64,000 bases of DNA from a virus. Of the stretch, positions 53,565 through 61,079 are shown in pieces. The notes beneath the pieces are model-generated. The model saw nothing but the letters and a program-made list of their open reading frames with translations, ran no database searches and was not told the origin of the DNA. Within the stretch, counting starts at the first letter, position 1, and every line of letters begins with the position of its first letter. The translations under genes and the position numbers were made by a program. The stretch is from the IMG/VR virus record IMGVR_UViG_3300045988_107309; one strand, 5' to 3'.

Positions 53565-55631
53565 ATGCCTAAATTAAAGCTGAAAAAGGCAAAGCCTACA
53601 AATACTCAAGAGACCTCTGGAAAGTCCAAATTTAATGAAATTACGAATAAAGAAGACCATTCCCAGAGTAAGCCACAATCTTTGTGGGATATTGTAGACC
53701 ATGAACAGGACTTTCATATGTTGTATTCTGGTGTTGAAGATGAAAGAAACTTTGACATTCTTTATGGAATGGGTATCAGAAACTTTCTGGTGTCTTATCA
53801 GTATGTGCAGAACAAACACATGAATGTAGATAAGTTTAGTGGTTTGGGTATTAAGTTCTTTGTTGACTCTGGTGCTTATACTTACCGGAATGATTTAAAG
53901 TATGCAGAGTTTACTATTGAAGACTGGGAGAAACAGATTGAGAGATACTTAAAGTGGGCGAAGAAGCATAAGGATATTATCTTTGCTATTGCCAATCTTG
54001 ATATTGAAGGTCATGTTGAGCCGGAAATTGTTCAACAGTGGAATGAAAAGTACTTTGAGCCTTTCATGTTAGAGACAGGTATCCCAGTGTGCTTCATTTA
54101 CCATGAGGGTGAAACCTCAAGAACATGGGAACAGTATGCACAGCGTTATCCTTATATTGGTATGCCTTGGGAGTTTGACTCAAGTGACGGAGAGAAAATC
54201 TGCCGGGATAGACTGAGAATAGCAGAGAAGTACAACACAGTAGTACATGGAATGGCTATGACAAAGACCTCTCTTTTAACCTCCCTCCCTTTCTACACAG
54301 TGGACTCAACCACATGGCTTGTTGGTTTACAGTATGGTGAAGTCAATTACTGGACTGGTAAAAAGATGACTCGTTTAAAGAAAGACAAGTGGAAAGGTAA
54401 TATGCTTCCGAAACTTGTCTCTCTGGGATTTGATGAACAGAAGCTACTTGAAGAGGACAACACTGAAATGATTAAGGTGAATGTCCATGCGTTTATTGAA
54501 GCAGAAGAGTACATTCAAAAACAGTGTAGGGCAAGAATGTATTGGTTAAGACCTAAAGGAGCAAAGAGAACAGAAGCAGACCTTGACTCTATCGAATATC
54601 CCACACCGGAATGGCTTGATGACCCAGACACTCAAGATATTGAGTGGGAGAAGTATGCAGAGTTATTTAATATCTCTAAGGAAGACAGAGTACAGGCTTT
54701 AAACTGTGTGATTGATATGACCTGTTTTATGAATTGGGATAACCCAGATTATGCAGACTTCATAAACAGAGTTTATACACCGGAGACTGTTAAAGAAATC
54801 CATGACCTCTTCATTAACAGGATAGTTCAGAGTGATGAAGAGAGGGTGACTGACCTTATCAAGTTCTACAAAGAGAACCTTTTAGGTGAGAGTGATAAGC
54901 TGTTACTTCTCGGCACTAATTTTGACAGAGTAGTAAAGGAACGTGAGACTTATATTACTGATGATGAATATGAGACTGAGGACGTTACTGAAATGGAAGT
55001 TCTCAATGTTCTTTCAAAATATCTGCCGGAGAATACTGACAGTGAAGCACCAGAGATTGACTCTTTAGATGATGAAATATTTGCGGAAGAGGGAATCATA
55101 CCTATTCGTGATGAACATGGACACTTCCTTAAAGGTCAGAGACAAGTGTTGAAGCCTAAAAAGATGTATTCAAAGAAGTTCCCTAAACTGGCTTGTGACA
55201 CCTGTTATGCGGCTCAGAAATGTCCAGAATATAAAGCCGGATTTGCTTGTGCCTACAATAAGATTTTTGATAAGTTTGACACAAGGGATATGGGTGATAT
55301 TATTCAAGCTATGCAGGGTATTGTGGACTTCTCACTGGGAAGATTACAAAGAACCATGATGTTTGAAATGCTTGAAGGTGGACTGCCAGACCCGAATGTG
55401 TCTGCTATGATGGACCAGTCTATGAGATATTTAGGACAGCTTAAAGCTATGTATGAGAATGGAAGTACAGAAGTTCTCAGACAAACCAAAATTCTCAGAA
55501 GTGATGGTACACAGGAAATGACTACTCAAGTCACGAACCCACAACGTGGAGGAATTTTAGAGAAAATTTTCGGTGACTTAGGTAAGAGTGATGAAGATAA
55601 AAAAGAAGATATAGTGGACGCTGATATTTAG
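53565..55631 (+). CDS. dpdA: DpdA-like DNA transglycosylase fused to a long C-terminal region
   Basis: The N-terminal ~330 aa has LYSGV...GIRNFLVSYQY...FFVDSGAYTY, resembling TGT/DpdA. The C-terminal ~350 aa is acidic and contains CDTCYAAQKCPEYKAGFAC. Confidence 0.6.
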   Translation: MPKLKLKKAKPTNTQETSGKSKFNEITNKEDHSQSKPQSLWDIVDHEQDFHMLYSGVEDERNFDILYGMGIRNFLVSYQYVQNKHMNVDKFSGLGIKFFVDSGAYTYRNDLKYAEFTIEDWEKQIERYLKWAKKHKDIIFAIANLDIEGHVEPEIVQQWNEKYFEPFMLETGIPVCFIYHEGETSRTWEQYAQRYPYIGMPWEFDSSDGEKICRDRLRIAEKYNTVVHGMAMTKTSLLTSLPFYTVDSTTWLVGLQYGEVNYWTGKKMTRLKKDKWKGNMLPKLVSLGFDEQKLLEEDNTEMIKVNVHAFIEAEEYIQKQCRARMYWLRPKGAKRTEADLDSIEYPTPEWLDDPDTQDIEWEKYAELFNISKEDRVQALNCVIDMTCFMNWDNPDYADFINRVYTPETVKEIHDLFINRIVQSDEERVTDLIKFYKENLLGESDKLLLLGTNFDRVVKERETYITDDEYETEDVTEMEVLNVLSKYLPENTDSEAPEIDSLDDEIFAEEGIIPIRDEHGHFLKGQRQVLKPKKMYSKKFPKLACDTCYAAQKCPEYKAGFACAYNKIFDKFDTRDMGDIIQAMQGIVDFSLGRLQRTMMFEMLEGGLPDPNVSAMMDQSMRYLGQLKAMYENGSTEVLRQTKILRSDGTQEMTTQVTNPQRGGILEKIFGDLGKSDEDKKEDIVDADI

Positions 55632-55642
55632 GTCGATTTGAT

Positions 55643-55684
55643 AAATCTATGCTATGTGTTATAATCATGTAGCATAGATTTTTG
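55643..55684 (+). terminator. rho-independent terminator
   Basis: aaatctatgcta / tagcatagattt form a 12-bp stem, followed by TTTTG. Confidence 0.75.
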
Positions 55685-55706
55685 ATTGAAAGAAAGGAGT
55701 GTTTCT

Positions 55707-55916
55707 ATGAAGTTAGAACCAGTTAAAAAGGAAGACCTGCTCACTGAGTTAGGTAAAAACAGTCGGCTTATTAAACTGACAGTAGACGCAAAGAAATCTA
55801 TTACAAAAGAAGTTGGAAGTATTCCAGTAAAAGAGGTTATTGAGAGCATAGTAAGTCCTAAACCGGAAGAGTTCTTCTTTAAAGTGATTGAGGAGGAATA
55901 TAATGAGCAAAGCTAA
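55707..55916 (+). CDS. hypothetical protein
   Basis: ATG 55707 follows AAAGGAG. Confidence 0.45.
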   Translation: MKLEPVKKEDLLTELGKNSRLIKLTVDAKKSITKEVGSIPVKEVIESIVSPKPEEFFFKVIEEEYNEQS

Positions 55917-56583
55917 ATTTTACTCCATGACAAAACCTATTCCATTTAGAAAGACCCGACTTTTTCTGAGAAGGGTGAAGGACTCCATTACCTCTTTAAT
56001 ATATAATATATTATATAGATTTAATATAATAGAAAAATATAGTTTTAATGACGTAATGCGGAATGGAGTGCCAGTCACAATTCCACCTTCAAAATTTGAG
56101 TCGGGCTGTATAAGTGCCACTTTAGAGTTTAATGTAGAACACACTGATATAGTAAATGAGTGTTACTATCACAAGAAAGGTGACAGACTCAATAAGCTGT
56201 ATGTAGTTATGGACAGTCATCTGCATGAGTTACATATCACTGCACACATGACTAACATTGGTATTAAAATGCCAGACGGAAAGTTCCAGTATGTGAATGA
56301 AGGACTTCCAGTGTTTAGAGTCCATGTGAATGATGAACCATTGAAACCTTTTAATGAGAGTGAGGAACTTCAACCTATTAAGTATCACACTAAAAAGGTT
56401 AATATGAGAAAATTGCAGTCTTTGAGGTTCTGTCATTCAAAGATAGTATCTGAGTACTATTTAGATGAATTAAAAGAAGGTATCTTTGAAGGACTATTTG
56501 CTACAGCAAGAGACCAGTTTACATTTGCTTTTGTCAACTACTTCCGGGAAGTTAAATTGCATGATTTATTTGAGGAGGAATAA
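55903..56583 (+). CDS. hypothetical protein
   Basis: ATG 55903 follows GAGGAGG. Confidence 0.45.
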   Translation: MSKAKFYSMTKPIPFRKTRLFLRRVKDSITSLIYNILYRFNIIEKYSFNDVMRNGVPVTIPPSKFESGCISATLEFNVEHTDIVNECYYHKKGDRLNKLYVVMDSHLHELHITAHMTNIGIKMPDGKFQYVNEGLPVFRVHVNDEPLKPFNESEELQPIKYHTKKVNMRKLQSLRFCHSKIVSEYYLDELKEGIFEGLFATARDQFTFAFVNYFREVKLHDLFEEE

Positions 56584-56585
56584 GT

Positions 56586-57134
56586 ATGAATTATCACAAC
56601 ATTACCCACGAAGATATGTTAAATGGTGATGGAATCAGAGTAGTACTTTGGGTGTCTGGGTGTCCACATCATTGTGAAGAGTGTCAGAATCCCGAAACTT
56701 GGTCTCCTAACAGTGGGATTGAGTTTGATGAAGAAGCAAAGAGGGAGATTTTTAATGAGCTGTCTAAAGACTATGTTTCTGGAATAACCTTTAGTGGTGG
56801 AGACCCACTTGCTGTATTTAATGTTCATTTTGTTTTTGACCTCATGGAACAGATTAAAAAACACTTTCCCAACAAGACAATTTGGGTGTATACAGGTTAT
56901 ACTTTTGAAGAGTTAGAAGAGTGTGTATCTTGGACACACGCAGGAATTGGAAGATATAGTACTTATGATGAAGGGGTTGCAAAGATTCTCCCTTTGATTG
57001 ATGTACTTGTAGACGGTGAATATAAGAAAGACCTCAGAGACGTTAATCTCAAGTGGAGAGGAAGTAGTAACCAGAGAGTGATTGATGTACAGAAGTCTTT
57101 AAAAGAAGGAAAGGTGGTGCTTCATTGTGAGTAA
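56586..57134 (+). CDS. nrdG: anaerobic ribonucleotide reductase activating protein (radical SAM)
   Basis: NGDGIRVVLWVSGCPHHCEECQN and GITFSGGDPL. Confidence 0.85.
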   Translation: MNYHNITHEDMLNGDGIRVVLWVSGCPHHCEECQNPETWSPNSGIEFDEEAKREIFNELSKDYVSGITFSGGDPLAVFNVHFVFDLMEQIKKHFPNKTIWVYTGYTFEELEECVSWTHAGIGRYSTYDEGVAKILPLIDVLVDGEYKKDLRDVNLKWRGSSNQRVIDVQKSLKEGKVVLHCE

Positions 57135-57333
57135 TATTGAGTGTAATATTGTTAGCTGTGACAATAATACTGGTTTTACTAATGAATGTATGTATGGAAT
57201 TACAGATGACCTTATCAAGTGTGCTGAAAGTGGTGAACCAATGTGTGATGTACTGAGAGCAAAAGTTCTGAAAGAAGTAAGGAATGAAAAGTAGATAAAC
57301 CTGCTGACAGCGAGGTTTGAGAAGAAAGGACGT

Positions 57334-57362
57334 TTGACGAAAGTTGAACGTCCTATTATAAT
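57334..57362 (+). promoter_or_regulatory. near-consensus sigma70 promoter
   Basis: TTGACG, a 17-nt spacer, then TATAAT. It is embedded in the AGGACGTT/AACGTCCT hairpin. Confidence 0.6.
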
Positions 57363-57397
57363 GTAAGAGTAATAAATACATGAAAGGGGTGTAATAA

Positions 57398-57664
57398 ATG
57401 ACTCTCATTGAAGAATTTGCTGACAAGATAGTATCTAGTGGATTCATTAAAGATGAAAAGGACATTGATAAATTTCGTGAAATTACTTGTTGCATGAAAG
57501 ACAAGGAGTTTCACAAAATGAAAGAGGTTGATGACAGACTTGTTAATGGTGTTGTTAAACTCACAGCCGAAAATAAAAGATTGCGGTGTGAGATAAGAGT
57601 TTTAACTGAACATATTATGAAGAAAGAAGGTGAAGACAATGTTCAAAGTGAGATACAAAGGTAA
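57398..57664 (+). CDS. hypothetical protein
   Basis: 88-aa ORF with a ribosome-binding site. Confidence 0.45.
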   Translation: MTLIEEFADKIVSSGFIKDEKDIDKFREITCCMKDKEFHKMKEVDDRLVNGVVKLTAENKRLRCEIRVLTEHIMKKEGEDNVQSEIQR

Positions 57665-57800
57665 GATATACACTGTGTACCATGTAGAGCCAAGACCAAT
57701 ATTACAGTTTTTGATTTATGCGGAGAAGCAGAGTGTGTTTAAATCCGGCAAGAAAGAGTTCCAGTATGTAAAAGCGTCTGAATGTGAGGAAGTAGGTTAA
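57639..57800 (+). CDS. 53-aa hypothetical protein (not in the ORF track)
   Basis: MFKVRYKGKIYTVYHVEP.... A GAAGGTGAAG site lies upstream, and the ORF fills the 57665-57800 gap. Confidence 0.35.
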   Translation: MFKVRYKGKIYTVYHVEPRPILQFLIYAEKQSVFKSGKKEFQYVKASECEEVG

Positions 57801-57802
57801 GT

Positions 57803-58054
57803 ATGTACAGAGATACAAATGATGGGTTTATTATACTGAAAAGAGACGCACTAAAAGGCGGTGACAGAGAAGTATTTAACAGAATAACCACTAAGAGACA
57901 GTTGACAGAAGCACTGGTAAAGGGTGAGATATATTATACTCATGTTAGTAATGAAACATACACTCGGTTTATAAGTGACGTGACGGACAACCCTTTTATC
58001 CGAGGTCATGTCAAACACATAAACATATACAATTTATATTCAAATCGGAGGTAG
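57803..58054 (+). CDS. hypothetical protein
   Basis: 83-aa ORF. Confidence 0.45.
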   Translation: MYRDTNDGFIILKRDALKGGDREVFNRITTKRQLTEALVKGEIYYTHVSNETYTRFISDVTDNPFIRGHVKHINIYNLYSNRR

Positions 58055-58058
58055 AGAA

Positions 58059-58385
58059 ATGCAGATTGATGTAGATAACAGAGGTAAAGGTAAGACAACT
58101 TCTTTAATTATGGACGCTTATTTCACAGGAACACCTATCATTACCACAACAGCTAGTCGGAGAAATAGTATTCTTGCTCAAGCACATAATATGGGTATGG
58201 GTGAAGACATTCGTGTTTATACTGTGAATGAAGTTATGGGTAAGAAAGCTGTGGGTCTTGATTTTGGAGAAGAAGTGTATGTAGATGAAAAGTTGCGGAG
58301 AGTAGTAAAGATAATAATAGGAGTACCTATAGGAGTAATAGTAGTAAGTGTTTTAATGAGAGTGGTAATGCTATTGCTCATGTAG
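58059..58385 (+). CDS. small P-loop-like protein with an odd hydrophobic, ATA-codon-rich tail
   Basis: NRGKGKTTS (Walker-A-like) and EEVYVDE (Walker-B-like). The last ~30 codons look like low-complexity or non-coding sequence. Confidence 0.4.
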   Translation: MQIDVDNRGKGKTTSLIMDAYFTGTPIITTTASRRNSILAQAHNMGMGEDIRVYTVNEVMGKKAVGLDFGEEVYVDEKLRRVVKIIIGVPIGVIVVSVLMRVVMLLLM

Positions 58386-58739
58386 AAGAAATTCCGCAGT
58401 AAAGGAAAACCTTTACCAAATAATCCGGGTAAGAAATAACTATAGAGAAAAAGCCGGACGCTAAAGTGAACTAATTGAAAGACTATACAGACCATATAGA
58501 TATAAGTAATAGAATAGTAAAGAGACTGTCTTTAAAGTCACAACATAGTGGAACAGTGTTCCAAAACACTCTGCACCTCGGCAGGTTTCCTCCGCAAAGG
58601 CGGTAAAATCAGTGTTTAGGTGTGGTCGAAGGTGATATGATGACTGGTAAAAGACAGTGTTTTAAAGGTGTTATAGTTGTTGTCTTTAGTGTTATATGTT
58701 ACAATATTCTTATAGAAAATCACTTCCGGCTTTCCTCTT

Positions 58740-58956
58740 CCTCTATATAGAGGGAATGGTAACAACACTTAGGTTTGAGGACTACCTAAGAATCACTTAA
58801 ACACCTGATTTTTCAAGTGTTACAGGTGATTTAGAGTATGTGATTGGACAGGTGGTTGATACCAAAATCCCCTATATAGACAAGAGGAAGTATTACTCCC
58901 TTCTCTATATAGAGAGGGAGGGAAGGATTATTCTATTACTATTACTCTATATAGAG
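58740..58956. repeat. array of CTATATAG-centred palindromes
   Basis: CCTCTATATAGAGG (58740-53), CTATATAG (58872-79), TCTCTATATAGAGA (58902-15) and CTCTATATAGAG (58945-56). Further copies lie at 59234-41 and 59923-30. Confidence 0.7.
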
Positions 58957-58972
58957 AGAAGGAGAGACAAAC

Positions 58973-59101
58973 ATGAATAAAACAAGAACTTGCAGTAAGT
59001 GTGGTAAGGTGACTAAAATCACTATGAAAGGTGTCACTGAATGTCCTAAGTGTGGAACACCTTTTAAACCACAAACACCTACTGCCCGGAAATCTAAGTG
59101 A
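58973..59101 (+). CDS. 42-aa zinc-ribbon protein (not in the ORF track)
   Basis: MNKTRTCSKCGKV...CPKCGTPF, with a GAAGGAGAG site upstream. Confidence 0.45.
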   Translation: MNKTRTCSKCGKVTKITMKGVTECPKCGTPFKPQTPTARKSK

Positions 59102-59192
59102 TGTGTGACAGTGTTGTGGTGTTAGTGAAAGTGTGCTATACTGTGTTTAGTGAGTGACACATAACACATGAATATAGAGAGGAGAATACAGT

Positions 59193-59843
59193 ATGGCGCA
59201 TATAACACCAGAAGAAAGTCTTAGAGGTCTATTCTATATAGTCAAGGGAGACTATAAGAAGAAAGGAATTTCCTTTGTGAACAAAGTCACTGGTGATGTG
59301 AACTACATTGGAGGTTATGACCCAGAAGACAGTGAGACAACAGAGTGGTACAGAGTACAGGACAATATCACACATCACTGTGTATGTTGTGGTAGAGACT
59401 TTGATAAGTGTGTGGACGCTATCACAAGAATGATAAAACACTTTAAGACAAGGAAACAGTACTTCAAGTATGTGTGTAGAATCACCAGTGAGGACTACTA
59501 TGAAACACACTATTTAGGAAAGCCACCACTCACACCAGAACAGAGAAGCAAGAAGTCCGAGGGAAGGTGTCCAAGAGTATCACCTATAATGAAAGCACTT
59601 GAGGACGAAGTGTATAAAGTGTATGGTGATTACTTTAGAGACATAGTAGAAGAAGCAGAAGATTCTGCGTACCGGGCAATTAAAGCGGATAAGCCATTTA
59701 ACAAAGGAATGAAGAGACACAAGAAACTTCCGAAACCATTAAGTGTGCAGGAAGAGGAAACAGTAGTGGAAACACCACAAACACAGAAGCCAGTGAGTAG
59801 TGGTGTGAAGCTGAAACGAGTGAAGAAACTCGGAAAGAAATAA
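59193..59843 (+). CDS. hypothetical protein
   Basis: 216-aa ORF with a ribosome-binding site. Confidence 0.5.
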   Translation: MAHITPEESLRGLFYIVKGDYKKKGISFVNKVTGDVNYIGGYDPEDSETTEWYRVQDNITHHCVCCGRDFDKCVDAITRMIKHFKTRKQYFKYVCRITSEDYYETHYLGKPPLTPEQRSKKSEGRCPRVSPIMKALEDEVYKVYGDYFRDIVEEAEDSAYRAIKADKPFNKGMKRHKKLPKPLSVQEEETVVETPQTQKPVSSGVKLKRVKKLGKK

Positions 59844-59881
59844 CACTCATGTAATGTGTGTAGGATAAGCCAGAACGTGAT

Positions 59882-59917
59882 AAAGAACACTCTTAGTAAT
59901 GTGGGAGTGTTCTTTTT
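59882..59917 (+). terminator. rho-independent terminator
   Basis: aaagaacactc / gagtgttcttt form an 11-bp stem, followed by TT. Confidence 0.75.
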
Positions 59918-59949
59918 ATTGTCTATATAGGAAAGTGTATATAACACTG

Positions 59950-60775
59950 GAAAGTCCTTTTAAATACCACACTTTTAATTATTTGTCAAGTGTTTTGTGA
60001 TAGAAAATAGTCATAAAATCATAAAATAGCACTTTGCACAAGAAAACAGCGTTTCTTTTGTGCATTTTATGAATAGTCATAAAATCATTGTGAAAAGTGC
60101 TGAAAGATTTTCTGATTCTCTTTTGAGCAAAGAAAAAACACGCAAGAAAAGACATTGTAGAACGTGTTATAATGCCTCGAAAAGCCTTTAAAATCAAGTG
60201 CTTTGTGCAATATGCCAGTGTGTATATAAAACTCTCTGAAAAGCCATATAAAAGCGTTATAGCGTGTTTTGACAGCTTGCCAGACAGTACACGTTTGTAT
60301 AAATGCCCTTGTAACGCTCTGTAATGCCCTTTAAAGCGTTTTAATGCCTTTAGTCGATACTTTCCCCATGTGACTATAAAAACGCCTTAAAATCGCAAAT
60401 TTGAGCGTCAAAAAAGAATTTATGAAAAGTCATAAAAAAGTGTTGACAAGCTGAAAACAGTGTGCTAAGATATAGACAAGCTCAAGAGCGAGTGACAGAA
60501 ACGCTTGAGTGAGAAACCCGAAAACGTGACAAGCTGACTGAGTGACAGAAACGGAGCAAGTCATAGCATTGTACCTTGATAACTGAATAAGTGCTTTATT
60601 AAGTAGCAAGTCTTGAATTGGAGAAGTCGTGCATTTTAGCAGACCAAAAAGAGAGACAAGCTAAACTGGTAGAGAAAGTGAAAACACAAACTCACACTCT
60701 TATTGTAGGTGTGAGTGCCAGCTTAAAACACTGGCACTTGCATAAGCCTATGCACTCACTATATTTTAAGGAGGA
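59950..60775. repeat. ~0.8-kb ORF-poor, repeat-dense region (iteron-like; candidate origin or regulatory region)
   Basis: TAGTCATAAAATCAT x2 (60008, 60074). (T)AATGCC x4 (60170, 60301, 60322, 60342). GACAAGCT x4. GAGTGACAGAAACG x2. Confidence 0.5.
60443..60471 (+). promoter_or_regulatory. sigma70-like promoter with extended -10
   Basis: TTGACA, a 17-nt spacer, then TGcTAAGAT. Confidence 0.55.
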
Positions 60776-60781
60776 GTGTAT

Positions 60782-60994
60782 ATGAGAGAAATGACAGTAG
60801 TGGTTATGAACAAAAAGACCATGACACAAGAAAGTGTATTCAAAGGTGATATGAGAGTTACTAAAAACCTTAAAGGTGACAAGTTCTATGTGATAAAAGA
60901 CTTCACTGACGAGGAGATTGAACTCTTAAAGCCGGAAAAAGACTATGTTTGTCACGAATATCCAGTGGCAGATTACTTTCTCATTCTCAATTAG
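60782..60994 (+). CDS. hypothetical protein
   Basis: ATG 60782 follows AAGGAGG. Confidence 0.45.
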   Translation: MREMTVVVMNKKTMTQESVFKGDMRVTKNLKGDKFYVIKDFTDEEIELLKPEKDYVCHEYPVADYFLILN

Positions 60995-61079
60995 AGGACT
61001 CTCTACACTGAAAAGTGTAGTGAGTGGATAGGCTTATCCAAAACACATTACAAAACAATAAGAAAAGGAGAGTGTTATT

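Noticed and set aside
57127-57294. A small Cys-rich frame (..CNIVSCDNNTGFTNECMYGITDDLIKCAESGEPMCDVLRAKVLKEVRNEK) directly after nrdG
   Set aside because: The composition is plausible, but there is no ribosome-binding site and only a GTG or internal ATG start overlapping the nrdG stop. The evidence is not strong enough to list it as a feature.
58740-58956. The CTATATAG repeat cluster as a CRISPR array
   Set aside because: The repeats are 8-14-bp palindromes with irregular spacing of 33-129 bp and related 'spacers'. There are no 25-40-bp direct repeats and no cas genes.
58690-58979. The palindrome region as coding sequence (short frames such as MLQYSYRKSLPAFLFLYIEGMV... and ...LEYVIGQVVDTKIPYIDKRKYYSLLYIEREGR...), or as exon 2 of the 58059 P-loop gene
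   Set aside because: The frames are interrupted by stops (58687 and 58798) and lack convincing start sites. They also contain implausible runs (LLLLLYIERRRD). The in-phase spacing of the motif is noted in the findings, but I cannot support a gene call.
59979-60197. The minus-strand 72-aa ORF as the only gene in the 59.9-60.8 kb gap
   Set aside because: Its sequence is generated by the TAGTCATAAAATCAT direct repeats (the duplicated DFMTI peptides). It has no ribosome-binding site and would be the only minus-strand gene in 64 kb.
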